Counted from the whole stretch's first letter, positions 10,681 through 23,288 are shown. The stretch is DNA of 55,768 nt, filler included, from Bipalium vagum (GCA_037834085.1; 3 parts of 3 records of this genome joined end to end with filler, not necessarily neighbours in it), one strand, 5' to 3'. Numbers and translations: made by a program. Notes: generated from the letters alone by a model not told the origin.

Positions 10681-11839
10681 TGATTATTGTTTTGTGAGTA
10701 TGTTGAGAATTTCGTTGGAGAAAAGGGTATAAAGTTTTGCAACATGGTCTTCGAAGTTTTGTCCATTATCCATCGTGATATTTACAGCCTTGTACTTTCC
10801 GTTTCTTCCTTTGTCAACTTCAAATCTGACTTTGAGACCAGTTTTGAATTCATTATTTCTGTTAGGGATCCTGCAGTTAATAACTATTTTGTGACAAAAT
10901 ATTGTGGAATTGTCTTCTTATTTGATAAAAGCGTAATTGCTCTGTTCTCTACTATTTACTATGGTCCCTACAACGCTGCATTGAATGATGTTCATCTTTC
11001 TACCTCTTCTTTCGGTTGCAGCTTGATGGACTGCGATTCTCTCAGCATAGCTTTGTTTTTCTGTTATGAATCACCAGATCCAATCTCTTGATTTAAACAT
11101 CAACAACCTTGGATTCTTCAATTCCTTGAATAAGCAATACCACAAATCGACGTCTAACGACCTAGATCAATTGTAGACTAATTTACAATCTGATTTTTGG
11201 TATACAAAGGAAGACACACTGACTTCACTATTCGATATGAAGTCTCGAATTGTGGATAAGATCATTGCTTCAAAAGGAGTGGTGATGATGTTACTCATCA
11301 TTGATTAATAATTAGTATTTTATTTTATTAGTATTTTAGTTAGTGAATAAGAGGCTTAAAACATACCTAATTATAGATGTTAAAGTAATATTGTAATAGT
11401 TCTAAAATAAAATTTTTCTTCATTTTCTTTTTATAATATAAATCCATTTTTTTATGGCATGTAATAAATAATAATTTTCTTTTGCAGATTAAATGCTTAG
11501 TTGATTTTTCTTTAAAAAGGATTAATTTTTTTATATTTGAGTCAGGCTGGGTAATTAAATTTGATATAAAAGGCATATCTTTGTGATATCACAACTGAGA
11601 ACGATGAAATTAATTTTGTTCTAATAAATAATTATTATCGATTTTTAAAAAAAAATAAGACCATGTTTAGTTTTTATTAATATTCATAAGAAAATATAGT
11701 GTAGTGTTTAGTGGTTTGCTATACATCTCGAGGAGCTGCACTCTGGTAAAAGCATTACATTAAATTTATTTTGTGCTCAGTTGGATATATTAAAAGATAA
11801 AATTAAAAAAACTAGAAAATTTTTGCAAGCAAAAATGAA

Positions 11840-12060
11840 TTAACTATTTATCAGGATAATACACGATTGCATACGGAAAAGAAGTCAATCCAGAACATTA
11901 TCTACTTTGGTAATATTTCATCTTCTGACTACGATCTGATTCGGGCAGTCCAACATTTCTTGGTCGGGAAAAATTTTGTTACTTATGAAGGTATATATAT
12001 GTAACCATCCAAGAATTTTTCGATTCCAAGCCAGATATTTTTTATAAAGATGTTATATAG
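11840..12060 (+). mobile_element. Mariner transposase C-terminal remnant
   Basis: SSDYDLIRAVQHFLVGKNF...IQEFFDSKPDIFYKD resembles the mariner PSDYHLFRSLQ...FF.SK...FY..GI tail. Confidence 0.6.
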
Positions 12061-12254
12061 CATATTTTGTTAAAAGTTTTACATAAAAGTCATTACATAC
12101 GTGCTGACCTAAAAATATTTCAGTTTCCTTATCAAAAGTAATCTGTGCATGGTTGGATTAGAATGAAAACAAAATTTTTGAATTCTTTACATTATGATTA
12201 TTTTATGTAGAAAAGTAATATTTATTATTCAAAGTAATATTTATTATTATGATA

Positions 12255-12429
12255 CAGGGAACAGCTGTAAGTATGTGGTGGTCGGTTAATATAGTTTGAC
12301 AGAATAGTCATTTATCCGTAGTCATATATGACTGCGTTCACAAAAGTGAGCCGACCATCACATCTAATTCATCTTTTAAATAATTTCTATCAATCATAAA
12401 TGATCCATTGCTGATGTTACGGTTCACTG
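12255..12429. mobile_element. 175-bp MITE-like element with a multibranch internal fold
   Basis: Termini TA|CAGGGAAC...GTTCACTG|TA. Internal 15-bp stem 12273-12287/12349-12363 encloses three small hairpins. Confidence 0.6.
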
Positions 12430-12518
12430 TATAGACAATACAAAATACAATGAAGCGAGTGAAACGAAAATCTCAATAAGAAAATTTATTTTTAAATACA
12501 TTCAATGTTATAGTCTTA

Positions 12519-13487
12519 TTAGGTCGTTCATAAAGTTTTGCACCATTTTTGTTTATATACATTAAAATGGTAAATCATTCAAATAACTTATTTAAGAATT
12601 ATTTAATATTATTATATAATTATTATTAATACATTAACATTCAAAGGTCTATATATTGTTCTCTTTAAAGTATTAATCTGTTTTACTTTTAAATTAAAAT
12701 TTGACAACCTTTTTCCAATTTTAATATAGGATGTCGTGTCGCAATAAAGTGCCAAATTTATTTTTATGAATACTCGATACAAAAACAGCTGAAACTGCTT
12801 AAAAAGTAAATGAAGTTGGGGGCTATGGTACTGTATCTGGGTCAACAATACGACACTGGTTCCAGGGATTCATCCCTTGAAGATGCGGAACGTATTAGCC
12901 GTCCTTCCAAACTTGATGATAAGAATTTAAAGGGTCTAGTGAAAGAGGATAAGCAAATAACAATACGAAAACTAGCCAATAGTTTAGATGTCAGTATTGG
13001 AATCGTTTCCTGTCATCTGAAGCAAATAGGTAAAACAAAGAAGCTGAACACGTGAGTGTCATATGAGTTAACCATAAAAACAAAATGAAGCACTATGAGA
13101 TATGCTCAGAATTTATTTTGAGTATGAAAAACGAACCATTTCTTAGTCGCCTGATTTACTTGTGATTAAAAATCGTTCTATATAACAATATTAAACTTTC
13201 GTCAAAGTGATTAGACATATGTGAATGTCCCAAGTCCTTCCTAAAACCGAGTCAACACGAAAAAAGATTTCAGAACGAAGAAATGTTAAAAAGGGAATTT
13301 GAAAAGTTCATTACCTCCAAGTATACAGAATTCTATCGCATAGGAATTGAAAAAATCTACCAATTCGTTGATAAAAGTGTGTAAACGCTAATGGTTTTCA
13401 TTTTAATAAATAAATCTTTTTTCTGGTGACTTATGATGTGTTAAAATGAATTTATAAAAAACGTGTAGAACTTTCTAAACAACCTAA
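12519..13487 (+). mobile_element. Internally deleted mariner element with both TIRs and a TA target-site duplication
   Basis: Left TIR TTAGGTCGTTCATAAAGTTTTGCAC versus reverse complement of the right TIR TTAGGTTGTTTAGAAAGTTCTACAC, each flanked by TA. HTH region SLEDAERISRPSKLDD...HLKQIGKTKKL, degenerate WVPHEL and TCDEKW-like motifs. Confidence 0.9.
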
Positions 13488-14369
13488 TAGTTTTCGTTTC
13501 TATTCAATAAAATAAATTCATAAGATTCATTTCAGTGGAATCTAATATATACTCCTAGAAGAAATTTGAACCATAAATATGACTGACAGCCCATTCTTTT
13601 GAACCTAATATACCATTTTATAGACTGAAATAATATTATTTTTAAACAAACAACTTATTTATTGGTTACTTTTTATAAATTATGCAACATTTACTTGTAT
13701 ATTCAGTGAAATTAGATAAGCCGCCAGAATTTATGCATCAATAAAATATTATTATTATTATTATAAAAATTATAATGATAAATAATAAATAGGCTTCCTT
13801 CTTCAGTACATATTATTTGACTAAGTTCCAATTCTACCTATTTGCAGCTTGTGCAGCCGAAGAGTTTTGTCTCTGTTCATTATGTTAATTCGTTCTCTGT
13901 TTAACTAGATATGAGGAAAAAAAAATTTTCCTTCCTAGGTGCAATAGTAGATATCGAAAGGTTTAGATGATTTACAAATTATAGTTAAAGGTTCTGTGAA
14001 AGATGAAACGAGCTTTTTTTAATACAGTGATTCTGATAAAAATTTGAGATGTCATTAGATATGGATCAGTAAGATATCTGTCTGTATAGGCTAGATTCTT
14101 CTCTGTATTGATTATCTTGATATGTTTTTAAAAATATTTTCATAATTATTATGAATATACAGCTTATATATTACTATAAAAGTTGTAAAATAATTCATAT
14201 TAATCTTTTTTTTCATATTCCGTATTGTTATTATTATACTGTCCTGATGCTGATAACCTAAAGAAGAGGCATGATGAACCAAATCGAAAAATTAAAATAA
14301 AAGAGCCACAACATATATTACAAAATAGTTCAATTTCATAACATTAAACTAATTAAAATTTTTTATTAA

Positions 14370-14700
14370 TGTGAATTTGATCCCTCTCTTCATGAGGTCT
14401 CGCATCATCTAAAACTAAAATTGGCTTCTTTCGGTTTGCAAGACCTGGTTGTCTTTGAAAACCAACGTTGTGTGCATGACCTCAATTTCCTAACAGTATG
14501 ACTGTACAATAATAGACTAACCAGATTTTAAGAAATTATATAAGATTAATTCAGCCACAGACCGCAAAACAGTTATCATCATTTTCTTTGGCTGAAAAAG
14601 CTTGGCTTAGGTATGTTTCGACTTTTTATCAGCATTCAATAATTGCACTGGTGATTGTCACATAAATATACAATTTTCACAGGGCGTTATATGATACAAA
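14370..14700 (-). mobile_element. Mariner transposase catalytic-core remnant
   Basis: HIPKPS..PKKMMITV...FLKSG...SYC*EIE..QPGLANRKKPILVLDDARPH. Confidence 0.75.
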
Positions 14701-15059
14701 AATGTATTAATTTGGTTCCGGTTAATTAATGAAGAACCAATAGGCATTTTTGTTTTTTGTTGTTTTAAATTAAATCATGAAGATCCCACGAATCAATTTT
14801 TAAAAAGTCATTTCTAACGAGACTTAAAGTGGGTTTATTATTTATTATAATTCCAAAAATTTCAACGTACACGTGAATCCCTGGAAAAGGAAACTACAAA
14901 TTATTTATTAATTTATGCCTAACGGACTTGAAAACAATAAGAACCATGGAAATAATAATAGTTTTACTGAGCTGACAAAGATTTTAGAGTGCTATTCACA
15001 TTTAGATATATATTTAAAAATCATTCATCCATATCCATTACCATACGACACCATTAATA

Positions 15060-15642
15060 TTGCTTGAAGGATTATGACTGCTGTATTCAGATAAAAGTAA
15101 TAACAAAATCATTTAAATTTAAAGGTCTTTCAGCCTAATATTTTTCTAAGAGGTTTGTGGTTAAACAATAATGCTTATTTGGAGGTTTTGAGAGATATGC
15201 AGATGAAGAACGTGGCAAATGGATGTTATTCTATTTTCTCCAGTGTATAATCCCAGAAAAGTGCAAGAAGACAACTATCAATGTTCATAAATTCTGGTCA
15301 AAGGAACTCTGGTCATCAACCTCACCAGATGGAAATCCTTTGGACTTTTATGTGTGGAGAGTATGTGATAGAGAAGTAAACAATCCCAAACCAATATAGA
15401 CTCTCTACAAGTTTTGATTAAAAATTTTTTGATGTTCATAGATAAAGGAAGGAGTGTTCAAGATTTTGAAGTGGTGTTGAGTATAACGTTACAACAAGCA
15501 GAGGGTTTTTGTTAACAAATCAAAAGAAAATAACCATCTCCATATATTTATAGACAATATTGTTATGTTGTGAATATATACGACTTTTGTAGTATGTTGT
15601 GTCATTTAATACGATTTTGCTAACTCTTCGCACCAACTCTGT
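15060..15642 (+). mobile_element. maT/DD37D-like transposon, 3' remnant
   Basis: FWSKELWSSTSPDGNPLDFYVW matches the WPPSSPDLNPLDY consensus. A degenerate right end GCACCAACTCTG|TA lies near 15640. Confidence 0.7.
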
Positions 15643-16697
15643 ATTTTCCTAATAAAATTCTTCGATCTGCTGCTCTTAATCCGAAGTCTTCGGAAATGAA
15701 ATTTGAAGTAAACAAACCAAAGGTTTATATGATAAGAAAGTCAGTCAAAAATGTTTAAACTTTTGTCGAAAATCGTAAAATATGAAAAAAAATTCTTGTA
15801 AATAATCAATAAGTATACGATGACATTTGAGAATCTGTGAATATTTCTCACACTTGAATTGAATACATTCCAATATATATGAAGATTTAGATGTGATAAA
15901 GCTTTGTTTCCAAAGAACCTTGCATAATCTAAAGTAAATTCTCATAAATTCACACTAAGAAATATGTCCACAGCGTCGACAATAGCGGTGTAACAAGAAC
16001 ATATTTATAAAAAACTGTAAAACTAGATTTTTACCAAAGAAGGTTATTATATGTAGCATTATACAATTGTTACCTAATTATTATTCTTTTTAATAGTACA
16101 GATGAAAATGTCGAATTAATGATACCGTAATCTCAGTCTTTTTTGATACATTACGTTAATAAGTTACGTTTATGATTGAATGTCATATCCACGTGACTTT
16201 GGATTGGAAAAAGTGCTTCAAGGATTGGTTTGATAGCATAAAAACATGCTAAGATTCTGATTGAGAATACTTTGAAAAGTATTGATTTTATTAATTTTCA
16301 TTCTTTATCTATTATTTCAAGACTTTGACTGCACAAGAAAATCTTAAACATGCTTCAGAGATCATATATTAAGTTTATCTGTATGACAAAGTTCTTATTA
16401 TAGGTGAAAATATTAATAATAAACTAAATAATAATACATTAGTAAAAAAAATAATAAAATAATATAATAATAATAATAATAATAAATAAGCATGATTATT
16501 ATTTTCATAATAAATGTTTTATGTGAAATTTTGAAAGAATCAACAAGGACTTAATGTGATATTTTGCTGAAACTGAATTTATTGAAATCTGTAAAATCAA
16601 CAATACTGAGTGCACATAAATGCTTCTGAAGATCAAGCGAAAAACCATAGCCATAATGTTCAATTATACTAATTATGCATTATTACTGAAGTGGTTA

Positions 16698-16850
16698 NNN
16701 NNNNNNNNNNNNNNNNNNNNNNNNNNNNNNNNNNNNNNNNNNNNNNNNNNNNNNNNNNNNNNNNNNNNNNNNNNNNNNNNNNNNNNNNNNNNNNNNNNNN
16801 NNNNNNNNNNNNNNNNNNNNNNNNNNNNNNNNNNNNNNNNNNNNNNNNNN
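16698..16850. other. Assembly gap (153 N)
   Basis: Run of N. Confidence 0.99.
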
Positions 16851-17815
16851 TATTTCTAAATTTCTAATAATACATTCTTCAATATTTTAAATTTTTAAGT
16901 CACTTAATTAGAAGAAAACGTTTTAAACAATTTTATAGCTTAGAAAGTTTTGATTAAGAAATATATAAATATAACTTAATAAAAAAATAAAATAATTGAA
17001 AATGAAAGAAAATCTATATTATTTTTCAAAATGAAAACGGCAATTTTTCATTTGAGAAAAAATATTTTTTCAATATTGTACTACAATAAATTTGTAGTCC
17101 TAAAATTCGTGAATAATTGAAAACAAATATGTTTATATTTAGATAGCATCGTTTGTTTTAGCATATTTTTATATGATTAATAATTGTTAAAATTTTAAGT
17201 CAATATTTTACGCTTAAGAAGTTTAATAATCAAAGTTAATTAATTATTCGTTCAATAGAAATTTAAGTTTTAAAAAATTATTTGAAAAATAATTTATTAA
17301 CATAAATCAATTTTTCGATTCGTAAAAAAATTAAATTTTCTTAATTTAAACCTTGTTTCAACGTTTGCAAACTTTCATTCTAATAATAATTTACAAATTT
17401 CATTTAATTTAATTTATAATAAATTTAACTTTGTTTAAAACAAATTGAATGTCAAAAAAATAGTACATTTCGTGGGCTACAAAAATTTTCAAGTGGGTTT
17501 CAGTGAAGGATTTTCATTGCAAGACATCATTCAAAATTATATTTTAATTTTAGAGGTATATACATTATTGTTTTCTTTTGCAAATAATTTAATAAATTAA
17601 AACAATTTTGATTCAATGATTGTCATTTTTATTTAAAATTAAACCATAAATAAAGATATTTCTAAAACAGTTGGTTCAATTTGTAAAATTTTTCTAATTA
17701 TATTTTTGTTCCAAATATCCATAATTACTTTTATTACTTGTTTAAATTTTCAAAATTTTTATTTTCCGAAAAGATATTTTCATATTTTAAAATTGTTATA
17801 TAATAATTTAATAAT

Positions 17816-17824
17816 AAAGGATAC
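17816..17824 (-). other. U12-type (minor spliceosome) 5' splice site GTATCCTTT
   Basis: Directly follows MAPK exon 3 (...AAA GAT AT|GTATCCTTT), a perfect RTATCCTTT consensus, phase 2 at the KD[VI]|Y position. Confidence 0.82.
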
Positions 17825-19610
17825 ATATCTTTCATATCTTCAATTCTTGTTGCTGGTGTCAGTAATTTTTTAATGTCGATAATCTAGAAATAATAAATAA
17901 TATTTAAAAATTAAATTAAAATTTCTTCATTTAAAAAATGTATAAATCTGTAAATAAGAATAAAACGATTAATTTCTTTAATTTTATAAATACCAAACAT
18001 GAAAGAGTTTCATTATGAAATCAGAAATTGGTATAAATTTGCTTTTCCCTGATATAATTGTATAAAATCGAAGATCAAAGTGTGTTTATGCAACAAATAT
18101 AGATAGAAACAGTGTGAATCTAGCTTATGTCAAGAATGGAACGAGTCGGAACAAACAAAAGGCATTTATATTTAGTGTGAGGTAGATCTTAAATCGATGT
18201 ATAAGTTATCTAAAAATAAATAAATTCGTAATAAAATCGATTAAAATAAATAAATATTATAAAATTGACCCAATAGTCAAACGAAATAATAAAAAATCTT
18301 GTAAGGATAATATATATTATACTAAAAAAAAGGGGGAGGATAAATAAAAATAGAATTTCGATATATAATCTAGCATTAAAAGAAAACCAGAAAAATCAAA
18401 AATTATATCAAACATAAATCAATTACTCTTAATTGAATTTTACTTCATAAATTTCGCCTGTCTATCCAAATAAGTAGAGATGACAACCTACCCACTTAGA
18501 TCACTTATTACTGGAAATTGGGAATGAGTAGAAAGAATAATCTTTGTAAAAAAAATCGAAACAGAATGATGAAAATATAAGAAAATGAGTTAAAAGAAAT
18601 CTTGAAAAATTGTGACAAGAAAAATATCTGACCAGAAAATATCGGTTTTTAAAATTGTGAAAGCATCCCGAATTTTTTAATGATAAAAAGTGATATTTTA
18701 TCTACTATTACAAATCAATAAATTGATGAATAAAAACGAATAATATCTTAAGATAGTAATAAAAATTATCTAAGCAATATCAAGATATTTAATAAAAATA
18801 TAAGAAATCTAAATACATAAAAAATATTGGTTGTGAAAAAATTATTTTCTAAAATTCAAAAAATTATCAATCATTCTAAAAATACGAAATTGATTTGCAG
18901 ATTTAGGTTTCTTTAAAAAATATTAAGCTTTAATATATTTTCTTTCGATTTATTTATTTATTATTGTAAATAACATCCTTTCTAAACATATAAAATATAT
19001 GTAAATGTCTCTGGTGATCAGATGAAGTTTAGAGCATTATGACTTAAGAAATCGAAATATTATTTCAGTTTCAAAAAATCAATATTTCATAAAGTCTGAA
19101 ACTTAAAACTAAAACTTTACTTTTGTTTCAATTCTAAAATAAATCCCATATTTTCAAAATATTTTTATTTCATTTTTAAAATCATCGAAAAATGTGAAAA
19201 TTTCGTTTAAAATTTCAACCATTTAATTTTTAATTACAAGAAATCCAAATAGTTGAACTAAAATTGGCTTACAAGTATAAAGAAAATAATAAGTATTTGT
19301 TAAAAATAATTAAAACAATTGTCTTACATTTTCATGTTTAAAGTGCAAAAGAATTTTAATTTCACGATGTGTTCTTTGACAAAATGTTTGATGTTCAAAA
19401 GGAGAAATTCTTTTGATTGCTACATCTTCGTGGGTTACATTATCTGTAGCAGAACTAAAAATAATCAACATCAAATATCAGTGGTTTCAATGATTTTTCG
19501 TACACAACAATTCCATAAGCCCCTTCTCCAATAAATCGAAGATTTGTATATCTGGATCCGACATGAAATGGCTGATTTCTTATAATTTGAGAAGTTCCTT
19601 CTTCTGACAT
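17825..19610 (-). CDS. ERK: ERK1/2-type MAP kinase, N-terminal 3 coding exons only (19610-19504, 19454-19328, 17883-17825)
   Basis: Spliced translation [97 protein letters not shown] contains GEGAYG, VAIK and the ERK-specific SPFEHQT.CQR..REIKIL. Introns are 49 nt and 1444 nt, GT-AG, with consistent phases. Confidence 0.92.
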
Positions 19611-21228
19611 CTATGACAAAAAGATACCTAAGTACTGATAAATTTTTAATTCTGTTAAATTAAAAATCCACAATTAAAATAAATTAATTTACAATAAATA
19701 AACAAGTAAGTTTAAAATTAAAATATATATCATTTTGAACAAAATAAGAAACTAGGCAAGATTTACTTTAAATTAAACTTTATAAAGACACTTTAATTAA
19801 ACGATAACTTTTATGCTAATATTTTATACTTCAATTAACTATTTTAACTATTTCATGTTATTTTCATCTTTTAATTTTAATTTTAATTTAAGTTTATAAA
19901 TAATTTTCCAAGCCAAAACTTACTATTTAATATTTTTCTGAAATTCTAAGCTTCTAACATAAGCACCAGGACAATTTCGAGACCTAAAGAGAGTGATCTC
20001 AGTTCGAGAGAATAATTTTGGTTTACCAGAAATAAGATTTTTTCCTGATACATTTTATATGTTACTGACGATGTTGGGAGAATCGCTTAGATCATATTCC
20101 ATGATTTCTTGTCAGTTATGTAAGCTTATTTATATTAAGAGTGACAAATTTCTCAATTTACACAATGCCTAGAGAAATTTTATAATTTTTTCAAAACTAG
20201 GCTCAATGAGTGACTACAAATTTCATAATTTCTCATACAAGGAAATGTTAAAAAGTTGATCTATCAAATTGAAGAATTATAAAATAACTTTTATAACAAT
20301 TTATATAACTGTTAATATCTTATTTTATCAATTTTGGGTTTTAATATAACTTGAAAATCATTATTTATATTATAATATAACATTTTTATACCATCATCCA
20401 CTAACTGTACTCCGCCACTTCTCAGTTCTGAGAACTATTTTATACTCTGTTTTTATGCTGGGCCAATCAGACCGAGTACTCAGAAGTTTATCTTAATACT
20501 TCACCTTAATCTACTTTCTTGCCTCTCAAAGATAGAGGACATTTATTTATTTCCATTTTTGGGCAAGCAGCAAAAGTCCCTGTCCGGGTAAATTTATTAG
20601 CTAAAACATAAACTCGACCAAAATTCAGTGAAGGCAAAGAAATTAATTAATTACATTATTCAATATTTTATCATTCAAGTTTTTAATTTTCACCCTTGAA
20701 TCCATTATGGGTGATACTTTGTCGACTGGTTGTGCATTTATGTATATTATTTTTGTTTTATTTCCTTTATTACTTTTAGTTTCAGTTGAATTAAATTATC
20801 TATGATTTATTTCTTAAGATCTAAATAGTCGAATCTTCTTTCCATAGTTTCACTGACTGAGCCTCGGAATCTAAAATTGGTTAGTAATACTGTGGGTTTG
20901 CAGACAAAATTAATATCAATAATATATAAATAAATTTCTTTATTTGAAGAAGTGAAAATACTCTGCTATTGTAATGCTATCCGAAATCATATTTTCCCAG
21001 TTCATGATGATTTCCTTTGTCATAAAGATGTTTCTGAACATGTCATATAAGCAAAGACATCGGCACAGTTGTGGAAAATGAAAAGTAGATAATAAATATT
21101 ATGAATGTGCGTATCGATAAATCTTACCACTAACCAATTTTTTTTATTCAGACTTTTATCTGACTCCAAATTTCGTAATACCATTGCGGACAAAACGAAA
21201 CGACTAACCATAAAGAAAAGTGAAGATG

Positions 21229-21230
<2 letters not shown>

Positions 21231-21297
<67 letters not shown>
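21231..21297 (+). repeat. (AAT)n microsatellite at a contig end
   Basis: About 22 perfect AAT units running into the linker gap. Confidence 0.95.
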
Positions 21298-21397
21298 NNN
21301 NNNNNNNNNNNNNNNNNNNNNNNNNNNNNNNNNNNNNNNNNTTAATTAATTAANNNNNNNNNNNNNNNNNNNNNNNNNNNNNNNNNNNNNNNNNNNN
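21298..21397. other. Artificial contig linker: 44N + TTAATTAATTAA + 44N
   Basis: Exactly 100 positions, a six-frame stop motif centred in N, identical to 39541-39640. Confidence 0.95.
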
Positions 21398-22650
21398 ATA
21401 TTTTAATAATTAATTATTAGTGTTATATTTATAAATTTATATTTAACGATGAAGTAAGAATGATATCAAATTCTTTGCTCAAACACAAAAGTGAACATTA
21501 TTGAATCAAACCCCGCATATTTTTTAATAAATTTTCTTTAAGCCTATGGCAAACTGTGCTTTAGTAAATCGTTGAGTTTTGTGGGACATAGCAAAAGCCT
21601 TTGATTGGAGGCGATTGACATTTGGTGAGAATGTCGATCAATTGTGTGTCGAGATAATGATTTGATTTTACGGCTACAGGGCAACTCAACAGTTTCACGA
21701 ATATATATTCCATTATTAATTTTGCTGATTTTGGGATTCTTATTGAACTAATGAATTGTGTGAAGTCTGAAAATGTTATTCTAGCGCCAAACATAACTCT
21801 AAAAGGTTGAGATGGATCTTTGAGCTTTTTCAATCGAAAAGATGTCCATTTAACGAATTAAATTAAAGTAAAATTGTATATGGAGCTTTTGAAAGAGAGT
21901 GATTTTAGAAATCTTTGCTTTCAAAAGTATTGACCTTCAAGGATAACAATTTCAGTCAATTTTGAACAAAAACCGCCATGATTTTTAATTCTTGACCCTT
22001 TGTTTCATCAATTTTAGACGTGGTCAGATTAATATTACTATCAAGATGACCATTAGATTCATTTAAATTAAATAATCATAATATTTTTTGTTTTAATTAA
22101 TACTTTTTACAAGTAAAATTTTACACTTTATAGTTTACATTAAGCTTCGGAATAGCAATTTGCTTGTGAAATATTCTCTTTTGATAATTCTAAGGGAAAA
22201 ATTTAGTACAAAGAAAAAATTATATTATTAAAAAAATGACAAAACTTCTATGTTTAAAATAAAACGTCTATTATAATCATTATTTATTTAAATTATTATA
22301 TATTTTTAAGAATTTTCCATCGATTTTCGAATCAACTTCTCGCGTAAATAAATAAATATAAAAATATTTTTACGTGTTTTCTCAACAGAACTGTTGTTTT
22401 ATTGTTTTTAGACAGAGTAAATTATTTGAATCAATTATTTCCTTTATTATCGATATTTTAATATTGATTCATTGATTGTTGATAATTTTGTTGTTTTGTC
22501 ATAATTATTATTGTTAAATTATTATAATAATACATTAAATGTTCTACAAAATATTTTTCAGTTATTTTTTTAGAGTTAATAATAATAATTATTATTATAA
22601 AAATAACATTAATAATATTAATATAATAATAATAATTTCAGTTTTACCAA

Positions 22651-22835
22651 NNNNNNNNNNNNNNNNNNNNNNNNNNNNNNNNNNNNNNNNNNNNNNNNNN
22701 NNNNNNNNNNNNNNNNNNNNNNNNNNNNNNNNNNNNNNNNNNNNNNNNNNNNNNNNNNNNNNNNNNNNNNNNNNNNNNNNNNNNNNNNNNNNNNNNNNNN
22801 NNNNNNNNNNNNNNNNNNNNNNNNNNNNNNNNNNN
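22651..22835. other. Assembly gap (185 N)
   Basis: Run of N. Confidence 0.99.
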
Positions 22836-23288
22836 ATTCTCAATCAGTGATTATATTCGAGAAATGAAGTTTAATTCTGTTTATCACATTACTTCAAAGC
22901 CTCACGACAATCGTATAGCGAAGTCAAATTAAAAATTTATTTGACAGTTACAATAGAAACGAAATTAAAATTAATAAAAAATTATTAGGGTGACACAAAT
23001 ATTCTGTCAAAATGTTACTCGAACTTATGAAAAATAAATACCTAAAATATTTTTTAAAAAAATAAGAAGAAAACTCGATTTTTATGAATCGTTAAAAAGC
23101 AATTAAAATAAGAAGAAATTTTCTGCAATAATTTCCTCGAGTTATAAAATAAAAAATAATTTAAAAAATGTATAAAAGTTAAAGAAAAAAATCATGACAA
23201 AATATCATTTTCAGTTTATTTTATGATTATATTTAATATTTAAAAAATAATTTAATATTATAAAAAACAATAAAAAATTTCTAATCAC

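Noticed and set aside
11221-11305. Small hairpins near the presumed 5' end of the RLE element as a hammerhead or HDV-like ribozyme
   Set aside because: No CTGANGA...GAAA core or nested pseudoknot could be built.
11548-11559. Minus-strand TTTAATTACCCA, a 12-nt match to nematode SL1, upstream of the minus-strand RLE element (possible NeSL-type target)
   Set aside because: Only 12 of 22 nt match in very AT-rich DNA. No donor GT or Sm site follows and the element's 5' junction is not defined, so it is compatible with chance.
16192-16230. Plus-strand RDFGLEK resembling a kinase DFG motif near the ERK gene
   Set aside because: Wrong strand for the ERK gene, no surrounding kinase motifs, and closed by a stop shortly after.
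17994-18210. Exon-like segment with AG/GT borders inside ERK intron 2
   Set aside because: Stops in all three minus-strand frames, and exons 2 and 3 already join in frame without it.
19611-19627. GTATCTTTT just upstream of the ERK ATG as a second U12-like donor
   Set aside because: It would define an intron of under 20 nt, and is better explained as the pyrimidine tract of the acceptor.
16620-22850. ORF-track entries running through N gaps or AAT tracts (16620-16859, 21105-21353, 22539-22850, 22595-22843)
   Set aside because: They are open only because of N runs or microsatellites.
23165-23195. Minus-strand TTCTTTAAC...ATAC resembling a U12 branch point and AC acceptor for the GPCR intron
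   Set aside because: The GPCR donor (GTGATT) is not U12-type, and such T-rich matches are common here.
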